DNA from: a virus
Lineage: Duplodnaviria; Caudoviricetes
Virus record (IMG/VR): IMGVR_UViG_3300022936_000190
Location: 1-36,172 of that record
Reading direction: 5' to 3' (one strand)
DNA: 36,172 nt
Position numbers and translations under genes: made by a program. Below the pieces are notes generated by a model, which ran no database searches, was not told the origin of the DNA, and saw only the letters and a program-made list of their open reading frames with translations. Below, piece by piece: positions 27,320 through 34,569 of the stretch. Position 1 is the stretch's first letter; each line of letters begins with the position of its first letter.

Positions 27320-27673
27320 CTATGCCCTCGCGAGAATGGTGATGGACCGGGCTCGAGGCGCCATCTGGATTGCTCCACGATCCTTCAGCTGATGGATGAG
27401 CGCGTGAACCTGCCCTTTGCTGGACAGGCCGAGGCCTTTGGCGATGTCGGAATAGGATGGGGACGCGCCGTTCTTCTGCTGGTAGTCAGCGATGAACGTC
27501 AGCGTCTGATCCTGCGGGATCGTCAGACCCAGCTGCTGTGGCTGATCTTCCTGCTTCAGCCACATGATGATGCGGGCTGTGTATTCGAGGTCATCTTCGA
27601 TCTGACGGTGCTGATCCATCAAGATCGACGCCTGCTCAATGATGTCGCTGGGGATATCTGCTGGGAGGGTCAT
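27320..27673 (-). CDS. LexA DNA-binding-domain-like protein (no peptidase domain)
   Basis: LT..QDQTLTFIADYQQKNGASPSYSDIAKGLGLSSKGQVHALIHQLKDRGAI...RARSITIL. Confidence 0.8.
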   Translation of the reverse strand: MTLPADIPSDIIEQASILMDQHRQIEDDLEYTARIIMWLKQEDQPQQLGLTIPQDQTLTFIADYQQKNGASPSYSDIAKGLGLSSKGQVHALIHQLKDRGAIQMAPRARSITILARA

Positions 27674-27894
27674 GCTGCTGCCCCTTCTCGCGATGTCTCG
27701 GGCGTGACGAAGATGGCTGCGAGGTCAGGCCTAATCTGCGCCCGAGGGATGCCGGTTATGCGCTCCATGTCCAAAACCCGCTCAGCTGGCACGCGCTTCC
27801 ACCCGTATAGGGCCTGGTGCTTAATCCCGAGTGCGGACGCGAGGGCTACTAGGCCCCCGGACTTTTCTGCTGCGTCTTCGACAATTTTGATCAT
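27670..27894 (-). CDS. cro: Cro-like repressor
   Basis: GGLVALASALGIKHQALYGWKRVPAERVLDMERITGIPRAQIRPDL; divergent from cI. Confidence 0.85.
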   Translation of the reverse strand: MIKIVEDAAEKSGGLVALASALGIKHQALYGWKRVPAERVLDMERITGIPRAQIRPDLAAIFVTPETSREGAAA

Positions 27895-27899
27895 GCCCA

Positions 27900-27942
27900 A
27901 TTGTAGGCAGTAGTTACGCAGTATGTCAACTGCCTACGTAGG
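27900..27942 (-). promoter_or_regulatory. pR promoter and OR operator
   Basis: TTGACA (27929-27924)-18 bp-TACAAT (27905-27900); operator GTAGGCAGTAGTTAC at 27903-27917. Confidence 0.7.
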
Positions 27943-27976
27943 TGATTACGAAGCTCCCCACGAATACGGTTTGGCC

Positions 27977-28753
27977 ATGGATACGATCGGCTCGCGCATC
28001 AAATTTGCACGCAATCTTCGAGGCCTCACACAAGAGGACGTGGCGAAGCATTTCAAGATTAGCCGCGTGTCTGTGGCTCAGTGGGAGGGCAGAGGAAATT
28101 CGCCGGAACCGGACAAAATCCCAGAGCTCGCGCGGATTCTGACCACTAGCACCGACTGGCTGATTAAGGGCTTTGGTGCTAAGCCCCATGCTGAAGATAT
28201 CAGGGCGATCACTTCCGAGCCTCTAGATGAAAATGAGTCCTGGCAGCCATCATCGGACAGCGACGGTGAAGGCTACAATCCAGAGAACTACGAGCCAAAG
28301 ATACCAGGCGCGATACCTGAGCTGGATGCCAAGGCGGGCGCTGGCGAAGGATCCGTTGGCGAAGTCATGGTGCTCCCTATGGGGAATGGCACAATCTCAG
28401 CCCATAAGATCCTCGACGAATGGCGCATCCCGCCATCATACCTTCGCGAAGCCGTCGCCAATCCGGAGCGGGCAATCGTTCTAGGCATTCAGGGCGACAG
28501 CATGATGCCCAACTATGCCCCAGGCGATCGAGTCATCATCGACCTTACTGAGCACGAGCTGCGCGTCGACGGGGTATACCTTATAAGCGACGGTTACAGC
28601 GAACCGCAGATCAAGCGTCTACAGCGCATTTTGTTCACCGTGCCGCCCAGGTGTAAGATCATCAGCGATAATCCAAGCTACGACCCGCAAGAGGTCGACA
28701 TCGATGGGCTAAGAATTATGGGCAAGGTAGCCGCTTACGTTGGGCGCCGATAA
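27977..28753 (+). CDS. cI: CI repressor (XRE HTH + S24 autopeptidase)
   Basis: IGSRIKFARNLRGLTQEDVA..ISRVSVAQWE; AGAG cleavage site; GDSMMP and IKRL catalytic motifs. Confidence 0.93.
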   Translation: MDTIGSRIKFARNLRGLTQEDVAKHFKISRVSVAQWEGRGNSPEPDKIPELARILTTSTDWLIKGFGAKPHAEDIRAITSEPLDENESWQPSSDSDGEGYNPENYEPKIPGAIPELDAKAGAGEGSVGEVMVLPMGNGTISAHKILDEWRIPPSYLREAVANPERAIVLGIQGDSMMPNYAPGDRVIIDLTEHELRVDGVYLISDGYSEPQIKRLQRILFTVPPRCKIISDNPSYDPQEVDIDGLRIMGKVAAYVGRR

Positions 28754-29012
28754 GTCGTTGGGCATATCGAGGTTTTACAAGGGCCTTTTGCTCTGGACCG
28801 CACAGCTGGTTGTCATTGTTGGATTTTTCCAAGCGATAATTTTTTTGTTCCAGTTAGAGAGCGACATTGAAACTTGGCTTTTGGCCAATCGCGAATTAAC
28901 TGGCTTTTGCCTTTTTTGCTATTTTGCGTTGTTCCCATTACATTATAAATTATCAGAGGATGCTGATCGCCTTCGAGACCGCGCGAATGGCATTGAAGAG
29001 GACCAAAAATGA
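28740..29012 (+). CDS. Two-TM membrane protein downstream of cI
   Basis: 90 aa, two hydrophobic helices, AT-rich, overlaps cI stop. Confidence 0.6.
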   Translation: MGADKSLGISRFYKGLLLWTAQLVVIVGFFQAIIFLFQLESDIETWLLANRELTGFCLFCYFALFPLHYKLSEDADRLRDRANGIEEDQK

Positions 29013-29593
29013 CCGGGAGCATTATGGCAATCGCTTTGCTAGCTGGCCTCGTTATGCTGGGACTGTCTCATGTCACCGGCGCGTGGATGTCACGCAAGCA
29101 TATCCAGAGACTTCACGAAATTGCTGACGCAGTGTTGGTGCATCCGGACGCGACCTTCGCCGACCGGGCGTGGATGAAAACAGCTATGCTAGCAGCTACT
29201 GGTAGAGCAGATCTATGGATAGCCTCTGCCTTCGCGCCCTTTGTGTTGCTCTATACCGTTTGGGATTCAATCGTAACCATCTGGACCAAGCAGAGTAGCG
29301 AGGACATTGCAGAGCAGCTGGAGAAATCCAACCATGACCTTGTGCAAGAGCAGACGAATGTGGACCCTTCCAAGGGAGCCCTTTGGAAAACTGACCTTCG
29401 TGAAGAAGCTTTCGATGAAGCGTTAGCAGCAGTTGTTTTATCAAAGCCATTGGCAGCGGCCTGGCTTGCGATTTGGATACTTCCGGCCTTAATAATCCTT
29501 TTGCTGGCTGGGGCCGGCAAAACGGTAAAGCCGTTTATTGAAGAGACTGTCTTAGGACTTGGCCGCTCAACTATGAGATATTCCCATAAGTAG
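29009..29593 (+). CDS. Multi-TM membrane protein downstream of cI
   Basis: 194 aa, about three hydrophobic segments, GAGGA RBS, ATGA overlap. Confidence 0.7.
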   Translation: MTGSIMAIALLAGLVMLGLSHVTGAWMSRKHIQRLHEIADAVLVHPDATFADRAWMKTAMLAATGRADLWIASAFAPFVLLYTVWDSIVTIWTKQSSEDIAEQLEKSNHDLVQEQTNVDPSKGALWKTDLREEAFDEALAAVVLSKPLAAAWLAIWILPALIILLLAGAGKTVKPFIEETVLGLGRSTMRYSHK

Positions 29594-29645
29594 ACGAGCA
29601 GCGACCGGAACCTTTGTTTCATTGCCACATATAGATGAACTTCAT

Positions 29646-29672
29646 ATGCCCGCCCTAAGAGGCGGGCATTTT
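29646..29672 (+). terminator. Rho-independent terminator closing the cI operon
   Basis: ATGCCCGCC-CTAAGA-GGCGGGCAT followed by TTT. Confidence 0.7.
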
Positions 29673-29734
29673 GCTGGTTGGAACCGTCACCCTGTCATCC
29701 CGTTGATCTACAAGCTTAAACAGGAGATACGAAC

Positions 29735-30220
29735 ATGGGTTTCTTTGACAAGATCAAAGAGAAGATTTTTGGGCACCACGACGACAAGCCAACGGTTGGG
29801 CATGACGCGCAGATTGCTAAAAAGGCTGCGGAAACAATTGGCCGGGCATCGGTGGAGCAGGTAGCCGCAGCCCCGACCGTGACGCCAACTGCGGGCCAGG
29901 CTCCAAAAGTTAGCCCAACCGTCGCCATGGCGCCCTCAGCTTCGGCTGGATCTCCGTCGCAACCTGTTGATGTGTCTGCCGTGATGGACGCCGCAGTTGC
30001 GAGGTCAGGTCAGGACCTCAATTGGAAGACGTCGATCGTCGATTTGATGAAAGCGCTCGACTTGGACAGCTCGATCACCGCGCGCAAAGAGCTTGCGGAC
30101 GAACTGGGCTATACCGGAGACAAATCTGACTCCGCTTCGATGAATATCTGGCTGCACAAGCAAGTGCTGACGCAATTGGCCGCCAATGGCGGTAAAGTAC
30201 CAGACACTCTTCTCGCTTAA
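29735..30220 (+). CDS. DUF3597 domain protein
   Basis: LNWKTSIVDLMKALDLDSS..ARKELADELGYTGD..DSASMNIWLHKQV...LAANGGKVP; AGGAG RBS. Confidence 0.88.
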   Translation: MGFFDKIKEKIFGHHDDKPTVGHDAQIAKKAAETIGRASVEQVAAAPTVTPTAGQAPKVSPTVAMAPSASAGSPSQPVDVSAVMDAAVARSGQDLNWKTSIVDLMKALDLDSSITARKELADELGYTGDKSDSASMNIWLHKQVLTQLAANGGKVPDTLLA

Positions 30221-30237
30221 ATTTTGATATGTTCTCC

Positions 30238-30267
30238 ACAAAGCCCCGGAATATGCCGGGGCTTTTT
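30238..30267. terminator. Bidirectional terminator
   Basis: AAAGCCCCGG-AATATG-CCGGGGCTTTTT between convergent genes. Confidence 0.8.
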
Positions 30268-30272
30268 GCCGT

Positions 30273-30581
30273 CTAGTGCAGCGCGCCATTCACCAATTCC
30301 GCCGCCGAAATGGCGCGCAGCAAGTCCGGGATTACAAGCGGATCCAGCGGCCGGCACAGCATTACCTCGTCAGGGACCGCCGACCGCCCTGTTACCCCAG
30401 TGACCGGCACAATGGCAAAATCATCGTCATCCGCAATTCCGCTGTCGAAAGCTTCGAGGGCGTCGAACTCGTAGTGCGGATATTCGCGCTTTAAAGCGGC
30501 GATCAATGCTCTCTTTTCCTCATAGCTGGCTACCATAAGTCGCGTCGGGAATACGACGACGAAGCGTGTTACGTCTTGCAT
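30273..30581 (-). CDS. Hypothetical protein under a LexA box
   Basis: 102 aa from ATG 30581 with GAGGG RBS embedded in the LexA box. Confidence 0.65.
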   Translation of the reverse strand: MQDVTRFVVVFPTRLMVASYEEKRALIAALKREYPHYEFDALEAFDSGIADDDDFAIVPVTGVTGRSAVPDEVMLCRPLDPLVIPDLLRAISAAELVNGALH

Positions 30582-30584
30582 TCT

Positions 30585-30599
30585 GTTCCCTCTATGTTC
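30585..30599 (-). promoter_or_regulatory. Alphaproteobacterial LexA (SOS) box
   Basis: GTTC-CCTCTAT-GTTC, an exact GTTC-N7-GTTC, 3 nt from the start codon. Confidence 0.75.
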
Positions 30600-30662
30600 T
30601 CTTTTCATTAACGACTCAGATCGACCCGAGAGTCGAGAGGGATTTAAGCCTCCATAATTAAC

Positions 30663-30715
30663 GTAACTCATGCCTACTTATTTTGTTTGACAGTTACGTA
30701 GGCACGAGTTACCTT
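30663..30715 (+). promoter_or_regulatory. pL promoter and OL operators
   Basis: TTGACA (30687-30692)-17 bp-TACCTT (30710-30715); operators at 30663-30677 (inverted) and 30698-30712. Confidence 0.72.
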
Positions 30716-30759
30716 TGTCCATCAGATCAGCGAGGCGAGCGCCTCTATGGAGATGGAAA

Positions 30760-31044
30760 ATGTTCGTAATCCGCTCGATGTCCACCACCGATTACCGAGT
30801 AGCCGGGTACGGCCAGGCTGAACAGAAGCCGGTTCCGTATCACATCTATCTTGCTAAGCCCGAGCGGCGCGGCGGCGCTTGGTGGACCACTAGCCTGAAC
30901 GACATGGCCCGGTACGAGACCGAAGCCGATGCGCAGGCAGAGTACGACCGCCTGTTCGCTGGCGAAAAATACAGCAAGCCCCAGATCGCACCGCTTGACG
31001 CTGATGCTCTCGGCATCCCTGCCTATTGGGCAAAGGCCGCGTGA
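30760..31044 (+). CDS. Hypothetical early protein
   Basis: First ORF after pL; GGAG RBS; 94 aa. Confidence 0.6.
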   Translation: MFVIRSMSTTDYRVAGYGQAEQKPVPYHIYLAKPERRGGAWWTTSLNDMARYETEADAQAEYDRLFAGEKYSKPQIAPLDADALGIPAYWAKAA

Positions 31045-31346
31045 TGAGCAACAGCGGCAAATTCCGCCTGCATGACGGTCGAACATGGTCTCCCACGCCC
31101 GCCGCTTACGCGTGGCTTCGGAAACTAAAAAATCACGGGCCTCAGAAAGCATGGCCACCCGGCATCGCAACGGGATCCAACACCATGGATGCCGGGTGGA
31201 CTGAGTTTGTTCTGAGCATGCCTGATGGCCGCAATGTCCGCGCGGACGAAGCTACCCGCGAAGAGCTAAACGGCACTCCTCCGGATCGGTGGTGGACCCA
31301 TTTAACCAAAGCCGGTCGAGACGCCCTCGCCGGCCTCCCCGCCTAA
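31044..31346 (+). CDS. Hypothetical early protein
   Basis: TGATG overlap; C-terminal LTKAGRDALA winged-helix-like end. Confidence 0.6.
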   Translation: MSNSGKFRLHDGRTWSPTPAAYAWLRKLKNHGPQKAWPPGIATGSNTMDAGWTEFVLSMPDGRNVRADEATREELNGTPPDRWWTHLTKAGRDALAGLPA

Positions 31347-31402
31347 CCCCTTCCCTCTCTGGGCGGCGGGTCAGGCCAATAACCAGCCCGCCGATTTCTT
31401 CA

Positions 31403-31609
31403 ATGCATCCCCTGTTTACCGATCTCGTGCAGCGCGCCACCGACCTGGCTGCCGCCGTCCAATTTGACGACACCGGCGCCATCATCGGCGGACACATGCA
31501 GGGCGGCAACGGCGGGCTGCTGTCTCGAGAGACCATCCACAAGGCTGGCCTTCTCCAACTCACCCTCAACGATATCAAGGCGCTGCCTGCTAGCGGCGAG
31601 GAAGGCTAA
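31403..31609 (+). CDS. Hypothetical early protein
   Basis: 68 aa from ATG 31403 (MHPLFTDLVQ...GNGGLLSRET). Confidence 0.5.
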   Translation: MHPLFTDLVQRATDLAAAVQFDDTGAIIGGHMQGGNGGLLSRETIHKAGLLQLTLNDIKALPASGEEG

Positions 31610-31612
31610 ACC

Positions 31613-31885
31613 ATGCCGAGAACCTTCAGTAAGGGCGGCTACAAGGCAGCTTATGCGTGGGATCGTCCACGGATTAAGCGCGCTACGCCGGCTCCTGTTT
31701 CCAAGTCGCCTGAGCAACTGGCTGAGGAACGCGCCAAAAGCGATGCAGCCATAGCCGAGTTCATCGAGCAGGCCGGTTGGAATAAGCCGCGTGACGCCCT
31801 CGGCAAGATCATTGACCGCGAAGCCCGTGTTGCCGTCGAAGGCGATACCGATCTGAACCACGATAATGTGGAGGGTGCGGAATGA
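31613..31885 (+). CDS. Hypothetical early protein
   Basis: GAGGAAGG RBS; 90 aa. Confidence 0.55.
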   Translation: MPRTFSKGGYKAAYAWDRPRIKRATPAPVSKSPEQLAEERAKSDAAIAEFIEQAGWNKPRDALGKIIDREARVAVEGDTDLNHDNVEGAE

Positions 31886-31896
31886 GCCAGCTCGTA

Positions 31897-32073
31897 TCAG
31901 CCATTGCCCTCAGGCTCGGTATTCTCCAGCCAAATTTCGTCGCGTATCCCCACCAGGTCGCGCAGCGTTTTAATATCGATCGCGGCTTGCCGAAGGATCA
32001 CTTGGATCTCGCTGCGGGTCATATCGTCCAGCTTTTCAGCTGCATCAAGCAGCCGGTCCACAATGTCTGGCAT
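31897..32073 (-). CDS. Small helical protein (58 aa, not in ORF track)
   Basis: MPDIVDRLLDAAEKLDDMTRSEIQVILRQAAIDIKTLRDLVGIRDEIWLENTEPEGNG; GAGGGAG RBS. Confidence 0.6.
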   Translation of the reverse strand: MPDIVDRLLDAAEKLDDMTRSEIQVILRQAAIDIKTLRDLVGIRDEIWLENTEPEGNG

Positions 32074-32249
32074 CGCTGTCTCCCTCGCTCATGGGGCAGC
32101 ATAGCACTTCGCTGGGCCTGCAACATCACCCTCTCCCTCACTTGGTTCGCGGTGATGATAGCAGCTGCGACTTGGATGAGGTTCGATGTCATGCCCTGGG
32201 AGCTGCTGTAATGGTCAATATCAGGCCAAAACTTCGGTGGTTACAAGAT

Positions 32250-33170
32250 TTAACTGGCAGCCTTAGCGGCATCAGCTTGATCTCGTATGGACAGCCAAGC
32301 AGAGAGCTGTACGCCGTTTATCGTTGCAGTGTGTGTGCCGGTACAATCTACAAAATCGATCAGATTTCTGCTGGTAGGGCTTACCACCTCTTCCATATTT
32401 CCGAGCCACAACTCTGTATCTCTGAAATCACATTTCACAAATTGGAGGCCATTACCGACAACTCCATAGAGCTTACAGTTAATCAACTGGCAGTTGTTGA
32501 AGAAGAACATGTTGAGGACAATTCTGGGAATAGAGAGATTTATAAAACTCTCATTTACCATCCCCCCATGAGACAGAAATGCATTCCCCATCAACAGTCG
32601 CCCCTCGTGCACAATTGTACTCGTTTTTGGCCAGACGCCGTTTGGAAACGCACGGGAAAGCTCAGTAAGGGCGCCCGCAGTGGTACGATCAGAGACGCGG
32701 TGAATAGCGTCAACGCTTGGCGCATCTCGCTTCCAACCCGAGATGGCCCGGCCGATGTCGGCGTCGGCTTCGTCAACACAAGCCACCATCAAGCGCAAGC
32801 TTGCCTCCCCATAATGAACGCGATCCTCGAGCACCAACGATCCAACGAGAGTGAGGCCGGTCAAGCGGGCACTGAGTTTATCAGCGGCAACCATCATAGC
32901 TGCCTCTCTAAAACGATCCGCAAGGTGGCTTCGGTTGGCGAGGCGGAAGTTGCTAAGTGCCATTCGTGTGCCCCAGGCCAGCAGGACTACCGTGGCGAGC
33001 GACAGGCCAAACGGGAGAAGCCCAATCTCGCCGAGCCAAGCCTTTTGCCATGTGGGCCATCGCTGCGAAATTGCGGCAAATACCCAGAGCCCGAACAGGA
33101 AACCCGAAAGCAGGCCTCCAAATACACCTCGGTTCAACTTCGCACTCCAATTAGCTCTGCTGGCGAGCAC
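32250..33170 (-). CDS. Membrane-anchored protein with HEAT-like segment and degenerate pentapeptide-like C-terminus (moron)
   Basis: Two N-terminal TMs, DRFREAAMMVAADKLSARLTGL motif, F..C.L..C.L / FVKCDFRDTEL repeats; AT-rich 3' half; antisense to early operon. Confidence 0.6.
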   Translation of the reverse strand: MLASRANWSAKLNRGVFGGLLSGFLFGLWVFAAISQRWPTWQKAWLGEIGLLPFGLSLATVVLLAWGTRMALSNFRLANRSHLADRFREAAMMVAADKLSARLTGLTLVGSLVLEDRVHYGEASLRLMVACVDEADADIGRAISGWKRDAPSVDAIHRVSDRTTAGALTELSRAFPNGVWPKTSTIVHEGRLLMGNAFLSHGGMVNESFINLSIPRIVLNMFFFNNCQLINCKLYGVVGNGLQFVKCDFRDTELWLGNMEEVVSPTSRNLIDFVDCTGTHTATINGVQLSAWLSIRDQADAAKAAS

Positions 33171-33238
33171 GACCGCCTATGCTGGCCTTCTCAAGGAGCA
33201 GATAAATCCGAGTGGCGCAATGAGTTGAGGATCTTCAA

Positions 33239-33454
33239 TTGAGAAAGCTAGCGTACCAAGAGCTTCAGCTCCTTCAATACATCGAAGCTGCCGTCGGCTC
33301 TGTCTGCCCAGGTACTGACGCGAGCATTCCGAAGGCTGGGCATAAGTCGCTCCGGAAGATGGTCACGCGAGGCGATCTGACCGTTGAGGAAACCGACGAC
33401 GGTCCTCGCTTCACTCTGACGGCTCAAGGCAGATCGGAGGCTGATCATGGCTGA
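33239..33454 (+). CDS. Small winged-helix-like hypothetical protein
   Basis: LRKMVTRGDL..EETDDGPRFTLTAQGR; overlaps next gene. Confidence 0.55.
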   Translation: MRKLAYQELQLLQYIEAAVGSVCPGTDASIPKAGHKSLRKMVTRGDLTVEETDDGPRFTLTAQGRSEADHG

Positions 33455-33740
33455 GCGCATCCAGCTATCGCGTCGCAAGGGTTGGCGCATGCCGGCGAAT
33501 ACCGTCCGCGTTACTCGCCCGGGAAGGTGGGGCAATCCCTTTCGCGTGGGTGACTTCGGCATTCCCGATCAGGCTGCTGCTGTCGATCGCTATCGGGAAT
33601 GGCTTGAAGGCCGGGTAACCGGACCACAGCGGCCCGCCTCATTCGAGGAGCTTCGCGGCAAGAACCTCGCCTGCTGGTGCCGGCTGGGAACGCCTTGCCA
33701 TGCAGACGTGCTCTTGGAGCTAACCAATGGCCCGGCATGA
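33447..33740 (+). CDS. DUF4326 domain protein
   Basis: RIQLSRRKGWRMP..VTRPGRWGNPF...ELRGKNLACWC....CHADVLLEL. Confidence 0.9.
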   Translation: MAERIQLSRRKGWRMPANTVRVTRPGRWGNPFRVGDFGIPDQAAAVDRYREWLEGRVTGPQRPASFEELRGKNLACWCRLGTPCHADVLLELTNGPA

Positions 33741-34116
33741 GTTCGGCAAACCAATAAAGCGTCAGGCCCTCGCACGCTCCGGCGGGCTCTGTGAGGCCGT
33801 GGGCGAGGTCTATGGCCTTGAGCCCGGTCAGCGCTGCAATGCGCCTCTCAGCAGCGGAGTGGAGTTCGATCACTATCCTGCCCCCGCAACTGACAAGGGC
33901 AGCGACACCCTCGATAACTGTGTCGCATCCTGCCCGGTCTGCCATCGCTTCAAGACGTCCACCTATGACGTTCCTATGCAGGCGAAGAACAAGCGGGTCA
34001 GCGACAAACACCTGGGCATCCGGCCGTCATCGCAGATGCGCTCTGCTGGATTTCAGCCCCGGCAGAAACAGCGGTCAGCAACCCGGCCCATCATCCATTG
34101 GAGCGAGCGAACATGA
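33727..34116 (+). CDS. HNH endonuclease-like protein
   Basis: RSGGLCE...RC...EFDH...DNCVASCPVCHRFKT. Confidence 0.8.
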   Translation: MARHEFGKPIKRQALARSGGLCEAVGEVYGLEPGQRCNAPLSSGVEFDHYPAPATDKGSDTLDNCVASCPVCHRFKTSTYDVPMQAKNKRVSDKHLGIRPSSQMRSAGFQPRQKQRSATRPIIHWSERT

Positions 34117-34319
34117 GCGAGCGCGCATCCGACACCATAGATATCGACTTCGAGATCGAGGCCACCAAGAGCCGTCGGTTCTGCAGTGCCGGCTTGGCTG
34201 GCAGCGCAGCCGACCGTATGGCCGCAATAACTGGTCGCAGGTGGAAGCATGTGTTCTGCCCAACTCACCCTGGCGACGTGACTTTTAGAATTCAGGAGGT
34301 GCCAAATGCCAAGTTATAA
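34113..34319 (+). CDS. Hypothetical protein
   Basis: ATGA overlap with HNH gene; overlaps xis. Confidence 0.5.
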   Translation: MSERASDTIDIDFEIEATKSRRFCSAGLAGSAADRMAAITGRRWKHVFCPTHPGDVTFRIQEVPNAKL

Positions 34320-34569
34320 GGCTGTGAGCATAGACAAGAGTTCACCTCTTCCGCCCGGTGTTCGGCCGCGCGGCTTTTGCCGCACTGCAGCAGCAGCCTA
34401 TGTCGGTGTCGGCGCTAGTTTGTTTGACGAGATGGTTCTCGACGGTCGCATGCCAAAGCCAAAGCTCGTGAACACCCGTAACATCTGGGACGCGATCGCG
34501 CTCGATGAAGCGTTCGATGATCTTCCGACGAAGGGTGTCGATAATCCATGGGACGTTTCTTATGGCTAA
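34306..34569 (+). CDS. xis: Excisionase/AlpA-like HTH protein
   Basis: PRGF.RTAAAAYVGVGASLFDEMVLDGRMPKPK...WD..ALDEAFDDLP; AGGAGG RBS; overlaps int. Confidence 0.8.
   Translation: MPSYKAVSIDKSSPLPPGVRPRGFCRTAAAAYVGVGASLFDEMVLDGRMPKPKLVNTRNIWDAIALDEAFDDLPTKGVDNPWDVSYG

Noticed and set aside
25946-27913. 655-aa + strand ORF
   Set aside because: Antisense shadow of cro, the LexA-like gene and GapR-ParB, which carry the recognisable motifs; no RBS or domain of its own.
30608-30661. CtrA box near pL
   Set aside because: TTAA half-sites are not spaced by 7 nt (the nearest pair is 10 nt apart).
32091-33242. 383-aa + strand ORF
   Set aside because: Antisense to the 306-aa membrane protein; no motifs and unnatural composition.
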